A stretch of DNA of 32,765 nt from Patescibacteria group bacterium (GCA_041477655.1 JBGOUP010000003.1:1-32765); one strand, 5' to 3'. Shown: positions 8,306 through 17,564, counted from the first letter of the stretch. Numbers and translations are program-made. Notes: generated by a model not told the origin, from the letters alone.

Positions 8306-9412
8306 ATGTCGTTAGAGGTGGGTATCGTCGGATTGCCAAACGTTGGTAAATCGTCGCTGTTCAATACCCTGACAAAGGCCGGCGCTCAAGCAAGCAATTT
8401 CCCCTTCACTACTATCGAGCCCAATGTGGGTATTGTAGAAGTGCCAGATGCTCGGCTTAAATTTCTTAGGGAAACCTATCAGAGCGCCAAAACAATCCCC
8501 GCCACCATAAAATTTGTTGATATTGCCGGCCTGGTTAAAGGCGCATCGGCTGGCGAAGGTTTGGGTAATCAATTTTTGAGTCACATTCGTTCGGTTGATG
8601 CCATTGTCGAGGTGGTTCGGGTTTTTGACGACGCCAATGTCATTCATGTGGCTGGCCAAGTCAATCCAGACGAAGATATCTCAACCGTTAATACCGAACT
8701 GTTGTTGGCCGATTTAGAGCAAGCTCAAAAAGCTCTGGAACGTTTAGAGAAAAATAAAAAGCCAAGCAGTACCGATGCTCATTATTACTTATATGCGATA
8801 GGAGAACGCTCCGCGATAATGAAGACTAGTTTGGAAAAAGCCATTGAACTGTTTAACCGGGGTGAGCCGCTACGAACTCAACCAGAGCTAGCAATAGAGC
8901 TCAAGCAATTTCAGTTTTTGACGGCTAAACCCTTGCTCTACGTGGCCAATGTTGGTGAGACGGTAGATCAAGCCAAACTGGAACAAATCAATGCCCACGC
9001 TCAAAAGGAAAATGCCACTGTTATTGCCATATCGGTCAAAGCCGAACTGGAAATCGTTGATCTGCCGGAAGCTGAACAAGCTGAATACAGAAAAGAATTG
9101 AGCTTAATATCCGGGCTGGGTCAAGTTATCCAAGCTAGCTACGCTTTATTGGATTTAATTACCTTTTTTACTGCCGGGCCTAAAGAATCGCGTGCTTGGA
9201 CGATTGCTCGAGGCGCCAAAGCTCCCCAAGCCGCCGGCGTTATCCACACCGATTTTGAGCGTGGCTTTATCCGAGCACAAGTCTTCAACGTTGAAGATCT
9301 GCAAAAATATGGTAGCGAAAAAGCCGTCAAAGAAGCTGGCAAACTTCGTAGCGAAGGCAAAGATTACGTCGTTCAGGATGGGGACGTTGTCGAGTTTTTA
9401 TTTAACGTCTAA
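8306..9412 (+). CDS. ychF: Redox-regulated ATPase YchF
   Basis: Motifs GIVGLPNVGKS, FPFTTIEPN, DIAGLVKGAS, APQAAGVIHTDF and EGKDYVVQDGDV. Confidence 0.97.
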   Translation: MSLEVGIVGLPNVGKSSLFNTLTKAGAQASNFPFTTIEPNVGIVEVPDARLKFLRETYQSAKTIPATIKFVDIAGLVKGASAGEGLGNQFLSHIRSVDAIVEVVRVFDDANVIHVAGQVNPDEDISTVNTELLLADLEQAQKALERLEKNKKPSSTDAHYYLYAIGERSAIMKTSLEKAIELFNRGEPLRTQPELAIELKQFQFLTAKPLLYVANVGETVDQAKLEQINAHAQKENATVIAISVKAELEIVDLPEAEQAEYRKELSLISGLGQVIQASYALLDLITFFTAGPKESRAWTIARGAKAPQAAGVIHTDFERGFIRAQVFNVEDLQKYGSEKAVKEAGKLRSEGKDYVVQDGDVVEFLFNV

Positions 9413-9415
9413 TTC

Positions 9416-9444
9416 TTGATTTCTCCAAAAGTATTAGATATACT
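9416..9444 (+). promoter_or_regulatory. sigma70-type promoter
   Basis: TTGATT (9416-9421), 17 bp spacer, TATACT (9439-9444). Confidence 0.65.
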
Positions 9445-9493
9445 GACTTGGCAGTTGTTATTTAACATTGCCAAATCAACGAAGGAGGAGGAT

Positions 9494-10441
9494 GTGGAAA
9501 ACATTGTCACCAAGCTCTATCGGCAAAAGGCTAAGCTTATGCCGCCTTTATCCAATTCTGCCCAGGCACTTTTGGGCGCTTTCGACTGGCCGGTGACTAT
9601 CGGGCTACTAACTTACTTATTAGCTCGGTTTTGTTGCGGGCTTTGGGATTACCGAACGGATATTTATGGAAATTGGGTGAATTACGAAGTAGACGGTTGG
9701 GAACTAACTTTCGTTGCGACAGCTGGATCTTTAATCACTGTTTTATTCTACTCTTTCTCGGAGTATTATAGTGAACCAAGATGCTTGCCGAAATTGGCAT
9801 TGTCTTGGCTGTTTCATTTAGTCGCCCAAACTGCCCGAAATCTTCATCTAAAACGGATTGATCCCAACGATCCAACCATTATCGTCACAGCGATCGACTA
9901 CTTGCAAGATACCGTTATAGCCAAAAAGCAATCGGTTATTGGGCAGATTGAGAAACAAATTCAGGAAGCTCAAAGTGGCCACAATCTACTGGCTCCAATT
10001 ATTAATGACCTGGACGCCCAACTCAAAGAAGAATCTGTTAATTCGAGCATAGTTGACCTTCGTCGGGCTCGACTCGATCAGGCTAGAAACAATGACCAGG
10101 TTCTGGACAAGCATCTTGGCTTTCTGGCAGAGAAAAAAGAACAAGCTCAATCAGCAGTCAAGCCCTGTTTGGAGTTAGCCAACCAACTCAAAGCCAATTT
10201 TGAAGTGGCAGTCCAGATTGAGGTGATTGGTCGGACAGCCAATCAGGTCGCCCGAGTTCCTAATGAGCAGGAATTGATCGAACGGTCGCTCAACGAACTT
10301 CGCGATTTAGTGCTGTCGGCCACCGACCAGCTACTAGATATTGAGCTACAGGCCAATAGCTCAATCGCCGCTCATATGGAAATGGGCGTTGATCCTAATA
10401 TCAGAGACGAAGAAGGTCAGAAATTAAAACTTCGCCAGTAA
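9494..10441 (+). CDS. Hypothetical membrane protein with C-terminal coiled coil
   Basis: GTG 9494 is preceded by AAGGAGGAGG. There are 2-3 hydrophobic segments followed by a Q/E/L-rich helical region, and the gene has its own promoter and terminator. Confidence 0.75.
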   Translation: MENIVTKLYRQKAKLMPPLSNSAQALLGAFDWPVTIGLLTYLLARFCCGLWDYRTDIYGNWVNYEVDGWELTFVATAGSLITVLFYSFSEYYSEPRCLPKLALSWLFHLVAQTARNLHLKRIDPNDPTIIVTAIDYLQDTVIAKKQSVIGQIEKQIQEAQSGHNLLAPIINDLDAQLKEESVNSSIVDLRRARLDQARNNDQVLDKHLGFLAEKKEQAQSAVKPCLELANQLKANFEVAVQIEVIGRTANQVARVPNEQELIERSLNELRDLVLSATDQLLDIELQANSSIAAHMEMGVDPNIRDEEGQKLKLRQ

Positions 10442-10459
10442 GCTGGACAAAAAAAATCT

Positions 10460-10491
10460 AACCCGCTACCGGAAGGTAACGGGTTCATTTT
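10460..10491. terminator. Intrinsic terminator, probably bidirectional
   Basis: AACCCGCTACC-GGAA-GGTAACGGGTT hairpin with an A-run before and a T-rich tract after, between convergent genes. Confidence 0.7.
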
Positions 10492-10587
10492 ACTCTAAAA
10501 ACTGATTTCGGGCTTAGTCAGGAAATTAAAACAATTCCAGAGTTCTTCATGTGATATATGACATAAAGAATCAGCCAGCCGATTTCT

Positions 10588-11265
10588 TTAGAAATTCAAC
10601 AGATCGTGATGAGCTTTGAGCCACTTTTCCGCTTCTTTATAGCGAGGGCAGTAATCTTCAACTAACCGCCAAAACTTTTTTGAGTGGTTCATGTTGGTCA
10701 GATGAGCTAGCTCATGGTAAATAACATAATCGCTAACAAAATCCGGTGCCATAATTAGCCGCCAATTTAAAGAAATAGTCGAGCGGCTGGAACATGATCC
10801 CCAGCGAGTTCGTTGGGAGCGAATGGTCACATTTTTTAGATCTTTTGCAACCAAGTCCGAGAGCAGTGGCAATCGTTCTTCAAAATGTTTTTTGGCTTCA
10901 ACGCGATACCATTTTTCTAAAACCGTTCTGACAGTTTGATGATCTTCGTTACGTGCGTGAACAATCAGTTCGGTTTTTGTTCGTTCAACTTTTTCTCTGG
11001 CAATCGTGTTAACAGTCAAGCGAAATTGAAATTCATGACCCCGAAAAAACAGCGTTGAGCGGGAATCGGTCAGCTCGTTTAGTTTAGCTAAAACCGTGGA
11101 TCGTTTTTGGCTAATCCATTCCCCATTTTCAGCCACGAAGTTGTTTATTAGCAATTGAGGGGTAAATCGCGGTGCTGTCACCACCACCCTACCGTCAGGG
11201 TAAACCCTGATACGCAAATGCCGTGCCGTAGACAAACGCTTCACCTCCCAAGATGACTCGTCCAC
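10588..11265 (-). CDS. YgjP/DUF45-like (M48-related) zinc metalloprotein
   Basis: Motifs QRTRWGSCS, LNWRL and YVIYHELAHLTNMNHSKKFW (HExxH). Confidence 0.9.
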   Translation of the reverse strand: MDESSWEVKRLSTARHLRIRVYPDGRVVVTAPRFTPQLLINNFVAENGEWISQKRSTVLAKLNELTDSRSTLFFRGHEFQFRLTVNTIAREKVERTKTELIVHARNEDHQTVRTVLEKWYRVEAKKHFEERLPLLSDLVAKDLKNVTIRSQRTRWGSCSSRSTISLNWRLIMAPDFVSDYVIYHELAHLTNMNHSKKFWRLVEDYCPRYKEAEKWLKAHHDLLNF

Positions 11266-11274
11266 TGTTGTGTG

Positions 11275-11490
11275 CTAGTAGAGAGAGTTGGTGGTGCTAC
11301 CGGAACTGGCGTTTTTGTTGTGGTAGTAGTACCAGATACCACCGTAAACCACGATAGCAATAACCAGATAGATCAAGATCCATTTCCACATACTGCCTTT
11401 TTTGCCATAGCCTGATTGGTCAGTGGCAGGCTGGGACTGGGCGGGCATGGCTGGCTTGGTCTGATCTGTATTCTGTTCTTGTTCTTCCAT
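11275..11490 (-). CDS. Small single-pass membrane protein
   Basis: WKWILIYLVIAIVVYGGIWYYY TM segment; TTGACA-17-CAGGCT ends 6 nt upstream. Confidence 0.75.
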   Translation of the reverse strand: MEEQEQNTDQTKPAMPAQSQPATDQSGYGKKGSMWKWILIYLVIAIVVYGGIWYYYHNKNASSGSTTNSLY

Positions 11491-11647
11491 AACCCCAGCC
11501 TGACAAAAGATAAATTAGTTGTCAAATTGTTGCGCGCTCGACCATGAGCTGTGAATACTTGGAAAAGCGAACTGAAGCTTCTACTTTTGCTAAAACTGCT
11601 CGGGCAAAAGTAACGAAGCGAGCGGAACCGGCGATCCCTCTAATCTG

Positions 11648-11721
11648 CGCAGTGGACGGGACTCGAACCCGCGACCCCCGCCGTGACAGGGCGGTGCTCT
11701 AACCAGCTGAGCTACCACTGC
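11648..11721 (-). tRNA. tRNA-Asp(GTC)
   Basis: Reverse complement is a cloverleaf, GCAGTGGTAGCTCAGCTGGTTAGAGC...CTGTCAC...GGTTCGAGTCC...CCACTGCG. No encoded CCA. Confidence 0.95.
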
Positions 11722-11780
11722 AAGGCTCTTGAACCAGGAAGTTCCCCGTCATTGTAACAGATTGGCAGTGGGTATTGAAC

Positions 11781-11862
11781 GGCTGATGGCTGATAACTTA
11801 AAACCGAAAACTAAATTCTAAAAACTGAATACTGATTTCTGAAAACTGATAACTGAATACTG
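11781..11862. repeat. Degenerate heptamer tandem repeat (about 12 copies, consensus AACTGAW)
   Basis: ggctgat ggctgat aacttaa aaccgaa aactaaa ttctaaa aactgaa tactgat ttctgaa aactgat aactgaa tactg. Confidence 0.8.
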
Positions 11863-11863
11863 T

Positions 11864-12886
11864 CTATATCTTGATATATCGGTAAATTTTGTACTTGTTG
11901 GAGGTTTGTTTGAACCAATCTTCATAAGTTTGAGGATTATCGCCGGTTCGTTCGGTCACTTGAATTATATGGTAACCAAACTGCGTTTGGACGGGATCGG
12001 ACACTTTATTGACAGCCAAACTAAAAGACGCATCCTCAAAGGCCGGGGCAATCTGGGCGGCCAACTCGCCCTTTCGCCAGTAGCCGAGATCTCCGCCACT
12101 ATCCTTGGTTTGGGCATCTTGGCTGAATTCCTTAGCCACTTGGCCAAAATCCTTACCGCCATCCAACTGCTTTTTGGCCTGAACGGCCGCGTCTTGAGTT
12201 GAAGTTAAAATATGGCGAACCTTGACCCGGGTCAGGACAACATTCTTAACCTTTTCTTTGAGCACTTGCTCGGCAATAATTTGTTTGAACTGGGTTAGGT
12301 TCATATCGTAGAGTTGCTTAATTTTTTTTTCGATATCAGCCGGCTTGCCCTGTTTGTCAAAAGCTTTATTGAGCTCGTCTTGGCTAACGTTGATACCCCT
12401 GGATTGGGCTTCCAGATAGATGACCTTGTCTTCGATTAATCCCTCCAAGACTCGTGTTCGGAGATCTTTATCGGTGGGAATTTTACTAGAGACATCTTTT
12501 GGCCCTTGAGTGTTGAAAGTCGTTAGGAAATGTAACCGCTCTAAAAACTTATGACCCCAAATAAAGGTGTTATTAACCCGCGCCGCTGGTAAAGGATAAA
12601 GATTGGTTAGATTTCGAGTAAAAGTGGATTCCGAGTGCTTGGAGTAGAGAAGAACCACTCCGCTAACACCAAAAATAAAGTAAAAAGCCAAGATAAAGCT
12701 GGCGATGTCAATAAAGATAGTGGCCGGATTTAAGGCGTGGCGACGGACTAAAGCTCGAACAAATGGGATTCGTAGCTGCAACCATCCCCAAGCGTTCTCA
12801 TAGATATGCACCAGGAGCCGACCAAACCACATCAAGCCATCCCAGATTGATGTTAAAAAAGCCGTAAGTGGGGAAAGTTTGCCCAT
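11864..12886 (-). CDS. Parvulin-type peptidyl-prolyl isomerase (PrsA/SurA-like foldase)
   Basis: Motifs VKVRHIL, FGQVAKEFSQD, GGDLG and PVQTQFGYHII, with a SurA-N-like region and TM anchor. Confidence 0.9.
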   Translation of the reverse strand: MGKLSPLTAFLTSIWDGLMWFGRLLVHIYENAWGWLQLRIPFVRALVRRHALNPATIFIDIASFILAFYFIFGVSGVVLLYSKHSESTFTRNLTNLYPLPAARVNNTFIWGHKFLERLHFLTTFNTQGPKDVSSKIPTDKDLRTRVLEGLIEDKVIYLEAQSRGINVSQDELNKAFDKQGKPADIEKKIKQLYDMNLTQFKQIIAEQVLKEKVKNVVLTRVKVRHILTSTQDAAVQAKKQLDGGKDFGQVAKEFSQDAQTKDSGGDLGYWRKGELAAQIAPAFEDASFSLAVNKVSDPVQTQFGYHIIQVTERTGDNPQTYEDWFKQTSNKYKIYRYIKI

Positions 12887-13425
12887 ATCAGTGTGCCTAG
12901 TACCAGGATAACAGCCAAAGAGACAAAAATGAAATGGGCCAAGACCGATTGGTTAGAACCGCCCTCCTTAATTTTCAGATAGTACCAGAGAGCGTAAAAG
13001 AACAGGAAGGTAATCAAGGCCCGGTTGAAAAAACTAAACGGCCAGAAAACAACTACCGAGCTCACTTCCGTCGTCGCTAAACTTATTAGAAACCAATTGA
13101 CAAGCGTTTGTCGGTTCAGACTTTGTTGGTCAATTAAACCGGCTGTTAGGCCAATGACGTTGATTGAGCCAAATACAATAATGCTTGCCAATAGTGGCGA
13201 TGATAATTTTATGTAACTAAAATTGGCTAGGACAAGACTAAACAAGACGGCGCCGACCAATGGCAGATCAATTTTTTTTAGCCAGACCATAAACACCATC
13301 AATACCCCGGCTACAAGAAGGGCTAGCCTGGCGGCTGGGCTAGGAGTATACGGCCAAATAACTATGAGGCTGGCAATAGGCACTATGGCGAAAAAAATAA
13401 CCGGCCAATGAAGGCGACGAAGCAT
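12853..13425 (-). CDS. Multi-pass membrane protein
   Basis: About 6-7 hydrophobic segments; lies between the LCP and PPIase genes on the same strand. Confidence 0.8.
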   Translation of the reverse strand: MLRRLHWPVIFFAIVPIASLIVIWPYTPSPAARLALLVAGVLMVFMVWLKKIDLPLVGAVLFSLVLANFSYIKLSSPLLASIIVFGSINVIGLTAGLIDQQSLNRQTLVNWFLISLATTEVSSVVVFWPFSFFNRALITFLFFYALWYYLKIKEGGSNQSVLAHFIFVSLAVILVLGTLIWANFPHLRLF

Positions 13426-13429
13426 AGAG

Positions 13430-14794
13430 TTACTTTAAGCGGTAGTCGTTGCCGATGACAAGTACAATGTCTGCCTGATCAACTCGACTGGCAGTCGTGC
13501 CGACGATTGGCGTCAAATTGAAGCGTCGTTTGAGCAGAGCCAGAGTATATGGTTTATCGGTGTTGTAATAATGGAGGGCGCTCTTCTTTTGAAGGGAAGC
13601 AGTAGTGGTGCTGGTAATAGTATAATCATAGGCTTTTAGTTTAGCACTAACGGATTTACCAATGGCCTCACTGCCGCTGGCGTTGACTATAGCAACCTTA
13701 GCCTTTTCCCTGATTAGGTACGGTTCCGGCAGGAAGGAAGCAACGTAGTCTTGTAGGTCGCGATAATCGCTCACACCAAGTTTGGGAAAAATAATATAAC
13801 CAGCGGCCGGATCGTTAGTGGAGCGGAGCGGCGAGTCGGGATTAGTGTCTAATACCTTACCTGAAGTGCCCTCGCTGGTGATTTTCTTAACTATGGCTAG
13901 GATTTGTTTGGAATCGTCGATACTAATGTCGGTTCGAAGGTGGCCACCCAAAATCGAGAAGAGATCAGAGATTTTTTTTGGGTTAGTTAAGACGTTAAGA
14001 CTTAAGACCTTGTCCTTGGCGACTGAAATAATCTGTTGCTGGCGACGGGATCGGTCAAAATCACTGGTAGTTTCTCGACTTCGAGCATATTCCAAAGCCT
14101 TTTTGCCGTTGAACGTTTGTAGGCCAGCTGGAAAATAGACCGGCGCGTAGCCTTTCTCGGCTGCGTCGGGGAAGAATGGGTCGTTCAGGGGTTTATCAAC
14201 GTAAACCTGAATTCCATTGATGGCATTAATAAATTGCTCGAAACCCTGGAAATCAACTCGGGCGTAGAAATGAATAGGAATACCCATAATCCCTGCCACT
14301 GTGGTTTTTAGGGCGTCGGCGCCGGCGTCGCTTTTGGGATCGCAGTTCTTTTTATTGGCCTGGCAGATGCTGTTGGCGGCGTTGTAGACAGCGTTTATCT
14401 TAGCCTTGCCACCCCCAGGCTGATTAACATAAAAATCTCGGGGAAGCGATACCGTTACAACTCGTGAATTAACTGGGTCAATTGAATAAACTTCCAGCGA
14501 ATCGGTTAGACCGGCGGCTTGATCAGCGCCGATCAGTAATACATTAATTCGACCATCGCCCTCTCGTTTAAGCTGATCGGGAGGGATGTCACCAGTGAAT
14601 TTAAAAAACGATGGTTCCTCGCTATTATTCTTGGCCGAGATGTTGTGGAAAGCGGCCAGACCGCTAAAAGTTACCCAAGAAATGACGCCAACAATCAAAA
14701 CCAAAACTCCCCAGAGAAAAAGTCGCCACTTTTTATGTCGCGACTGATTGAGAGCCGACACTTCTTTGCTGGGTTTCTTGCGTCTAAACAACAT
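13430..14794 (-). CDS. LytR-CpsA-Psr (LCP) family protein with LytR C-terminal domain
   Basis: Motifs INVLLIGAD, SLPRDFYV, KINAVY, ALEYARSR, DFDRSRRQQ and IVNASG...DIVLVIGNDY. Probable start is ATG 14794. Confidence 0.92.
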   Translation of the reverse strand: MLFRRKKPSKEVSALNQSRHKKWRLFLWGVLVLIVGVISWVTFSGLAAFHNISAKNNSEEPSFFKFTGDIPPDQLKREGDGRINVLLIGADQAAGLTDSLEVYSIDPVNSRVVTVSLPRDFYVNQPGGGKAKINAVYNAANSICQANKKNCDPKSDAGADALKTTVAGIMGIPIHFYARVDFQGFEQFINAINGIQVYVDKPLNDPFFPDAAEKGYAPVYFPAGLQTFNGKKALEYARSRETTSDFDRSRRQQQIISVAKDKVLSLNVLTNPKKISDLFSILGGHLRTDISIDDSKQILAIVKKITSEGTSGKVLDTNPDSPLRSTNDPAAGYIIFPKLGVSDYRDLQDYVASFLPEPYLIREKAKVAIVNASGSEAIGKSVSAKLKAYDYTITSTTTASLQKKSALHYYNTDKPYTLALLKRRFNLTPIVGTTASRVDQADIVLVIGNDYRLK

Positions 14795-14862
14795 GAGACT
14801 CTGGTTAATGTAACATAATTTATGGCTGTCAGTCACCTAGTTGGTATATTTGGCAAAACATT

Positions 14863-15240
14863 TCAATACTGAACTTTAGCCAAGCTGGTGGTTTGACTCT
14901 CGACATGGATATTTTTAAGGGCTGACGCGAAAGTTTGGTTGGCCATTTCAATAATTGGTAAACCCAAGCACCAATTTAGGATATTGGCCACTGTTACCCC
15001 AATTCTGGTGCCGGTGTAAGATCCGGGTCCGGTCAAAACACCGACGACATCAATGTTTTTGAGCTCCAACTCTTGGGACATTAAGAGCTGGTCAATTAAA
15101 AGTTGAGTGTCTTGGGCTCGACGCTGGGAATAAATAACTGTCGGAACGCCGTTAATAATCAGAGCGACGTTAGTTCGCTCTCGTTCGGTGGTATCAATTA
15201 GCAAAATTGTCTGAAAAGGTGAGACGACGTTTTTTGTCAT
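14863..15240 (-). CDS. tsaB: tRNA t6A biosynthesis protein TsaB (short, N-terminal domain only)
   Basis: Motifs ILLIDT and GPGSYTGTRIGVTVAN; adjacent to tsaE. Confidence 0.88.
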   Translation of the reverse strand: MTKNVVSPFQTILLIDTTERERTNVALIINGVPTVIYSQRRAQDTQLLIDQLLMSQELELKNIDVVGVLTGPGSYTGTRIGVTVANILNWCLGLPIIEMANQTFASALKNIHVESQTTSLAKVQY

Positions 15241-15655
15241 TCAATATATCAATTGTAATGGTTTTAACGTCTTTGGGTAATTTGGCTTGGGCAATTTCCG
15301 GCCATTCAATTATGGTTAGCCTATCTTTATCGGCCAAAGCGTCTTGCCAATCAAAACTAGATAGTTCTTTTTCTGATAGTCGGTAAAAGTCTAGGTGAAC
15401 AACTTTTTTAATCCCCTTGCAGTTAATCGTGTACTGTCGCTCTAGAACAAAAGTTGGGCTGGCGACTCGACCAGTGTAACCCATGGCCAAAACGATAGCT
15501 TTGGTCAGCGTTGTTTTTCCAGCCGCCAGTGGGCCAGACATGGCTATTATGTCGCCACCTTTTAAGTCTTTAACGATTTTTTTCGCCAATTTTGGCAGGT
15601 CAGTTTCTCGTACTTCCACGACTTTAGTATATTGGATCGCATCTTGATAAACCAA
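15194..15655 (-). CDS. tsaE: tRNA t6A biosynthesis ATPase TsaE
   Basis: Motifs GPLAAGKTT, VASPTF, HLDFYRL and IIEWPE. Start uncertain. Confidence 0.93.
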   Translation of the reverse strand: MVYQDAIQYTKVVEVRETDLPKLAKKIVKDLKGGDIIAMSGPLAAGKTTLTKAIVLAMGYTGRVASPTFVLERQYTINCKGIKKVVHLDFYRLSEKELSSFDWQDALADKDRLTIIEWPEIAQAKLPKDVKTITIDILNDKKRRLTFSDNFAN

Positions 15656-15677
15656 TCAGGACAATCAAGATGAGTAG

Positions 15678-16388
15678 ATGAAAGTGTGGATAATTATTGC
15701 GTCGGTTAGCGTAGTGGTTGTGGCTCTAGGATTATTTTTGTGGATGAGGCACGTTAGTTCTCAAAATCTGACTAACAGCCAAACCACCCCAACTCCCAAA
15801 TCGCCTTCAACTCAAGCGCCAAGTAGCCAAACTGCCGCTCCAGCACTAAAACCAGCCGTTTATTACCCGATCACCAATTACCAAACTCGGGCGAGCCGGC
15901 GACTCTATGGTCAGAAAACCACAACGTCCGATAATCAAGGTTTTGTCTGCGGTGGTCGTTTTAACGGCATTCATGACGGTGATGATTTGGAAACAACTGC
16001 CGATGAGGCCAATCAAAAAGTGCCGGTCTTCGCCGTTGCCGATGGTGCGGTTCGCCAAGTCGGTCGTGTTAACGGTTACGGCGGGTTACTGATCATTCAA
16101 TACGACTTGGCTGGCCAGACAATCACCGCCAATTACGGCCACATTAGTCTTAGCCAAACTAAGTTAAAAGTTGGCGATAAAGTTACGGCTGGGCAAGTCG
16201 TAAGTTATCTTGGCGTCGCCTGTTCAACTGAAACCGACGGCGAACGCAAACATCTCCATTTCGCCATTCACCAAGGATCGTCAATTGATGTGGCTGGCTA
16301 TGTCCAGACTCAAGCCCAGCTTGACGGCTGGCTTAACCCCAAAGACCTGCTTAAACAACTTTCCGCCACCGGACCAGTTAACTCTTGA
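15678..16388 (+). CDS. M23 family metallopeptidase, membrane-anchored
   Basis: HDGDD (HxxxD), VFAVADG, YGH and HLHF (HxH), with an N-terminal TM. Confidence 0.9.
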   Translation: MKVWIIIASVSVVVVALGLFLWMRHVSSQNLTNSQTTPTPKSPSTQAPSSQTAAPALKPAVYYPITNYQTRASRRLYGQKTTTSDNQGFVCGGRFNGIHDGDDLETTADEANQKVPVFAVADGAVRQVGRVNGYGGLLIIQYDLAGQTITANYGHISLSQTKLKVGDKVTAGQVVSYLGVACSTETDGERKHLHFAIHQGSSIDVAGYVQTQAQLDGWLNPKDLLKQLSATGPVNS

Positions 16389-16442
16389 TTTTCTAGTCTA
16401 ACTGGATTAGAATGAGCAAAATCAGAGTTTCGGAGGGATATT

Positions 16443-16814
16443 GTGATTATCGTACCTTCATTGCTAGGTACTTTTGGATTAGTGGTTTTATCATTCATTC
16501 TCGGTGGGCGTGGTAAGGAAAAACTCGGCGAATTGTGCCTGGTGTTGGGAATTTGGGCAACAATTATCGGTCTTGCCCTACTGGCCTTGGATAGGCAGTC
16601 GCTGATATTGGGAATTCCCACCGCCGCACTTGGACTAATTATAATTATTGGTCATTTCGGTAGCTGGTGGTTAAAACGCCGCTTGAGGAAAAAGTATCGG
16701 AGCGAAGATTTGACTACGTATGATTTAGCCGTAGGGATATCGTGGATGCTTGGCTTGGCCCTTTTAATCGTGACGGGCATTCTTAGTTTCTTTCCCAGAA
16801 TTGCCGTCTACTAA
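16443..16814 (+). CDS. Small 4-TM membrane protein
   Basis: GGAGG before the GTG, hydrophobic segments, and a downstream terminator. Confidence 0.75.
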   Translation: MIIVPSLLGTFGLVVLSFILGGRGKEKLGELCLVLGIWATIIGLALLALDRQSLILGIPTAALGLIIIIGHFGSWWLKRRLRKKYRSEDLTTYDLAVGISWMLGLALLIVTGILSFFPRIAVY

Positions 16815-16839
16815 ATCGTTCTTTATTTTCCACTAAATT

Positions 16840-16871
16840 GCCGCCGGGTATCGCCCAGCGGCTTTTTCTTT
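16840..16871 (+). terminator. Intrinsic terminator
   Basis: GCCGCCGGG-TATCG-CCCAGCGGC followed by TTTTTCTTT. Confidence 0.75.
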
Positions 16872-16926
16872 ACCTTCAAACCCCCGATCTAAGCTAGTCG
16901 AAAGGTGGAATTGTCGAATTTTAACT

Positions 16927-16962
16927 AAAAGAAAAAGACCATCAGTATCTTATCTGATGGTC
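16927..16962 (-). terminator. Intrinsic terminator
   Basis: GACCATCAG/CTGATGGTC stem with a T-tract on the minus strand, downstream of the gene ending at 16977. Confidence 0.7.
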
Positions 16963-16976
16963 GGGGTTAGAGATTA

Positions 16977-17564
16977 CTACAACTTGCGGCCACATTCATT
17001 GCGGCGATATTCAGCTTCGGCAAGGCTCTGTAACTCGCTTTCCGAAAGGAACGAAAGCCAGAAACACACCTTCCACGCTAATTCTTGTTCTCCCGCGTTA
17101 GCCTGGGGCAAATTGAGTAAGTCATAGACATGATTAATCGGAACTGGACGCGCGTCTTCATCAACACTCCAAACAAATTCTGCAGTCATATAACCCTTTT
17201 CGGAGTCTTGGCGTTTGCCTAGTCTAGCCGAGAAAACCGGTTCACCAAGAAAATGCGGCCGGATCGGCCAGCTACTCAACAATCGCCAGCTTTGTCGGAA
17301 AAGCTCCTCTGCCAGACGAATCTCGGGTTTTTCTTGCCGCTGTGACCAAAGGTTACGGATTTCGTATATCAACGCCACCCATCGAGCAGTATTACGCCGG
17401 TTACGAAAATCTTTCAGCTGACGTTTGGCCATCCCTATCGCAAAACTAATCGCTCTTGGCATCCTTTTTGTCGTTAAGCTAAGCCATAAAATGTGAAGTT
17501 GCAGTGATTTTCCAGCAAACACCTCAACAGAAACGTCGTCGTATGTATCAATTGAAAGTGCCAC
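16977..17564 (-). CDS. Hypothetical protein
   Basis: 195 aa, AAGGAGG SD before the GTG, own terminator. Confidence 0.7.
   Translation of the reverse strand: MALSIDTYDDVSVEVFAGKSLQLHILWLSLTTKRMPRAISFAIGMAKRQLKDFRNRRNTARWVALIYEIRNLWSQRQEKPEIRLAEELFRQSWRLLSSWPIRPHFLGEPVFSARLGKRQDSEKGYMTAEFVWSVDEDARPVPINHVYDLLNLPQANAGEQELAWKVCFWLSFLSESELQSLAEAEYRRNECGRKL

Noticed and set aside
8760-8830. Slightly long, atypical loop in the YchF coiled coil (SSTDAHYYLYAIGERS)
   Set aside because: The region is naturally variable and I see no clear palindrome-family motif; an alignment is needed.
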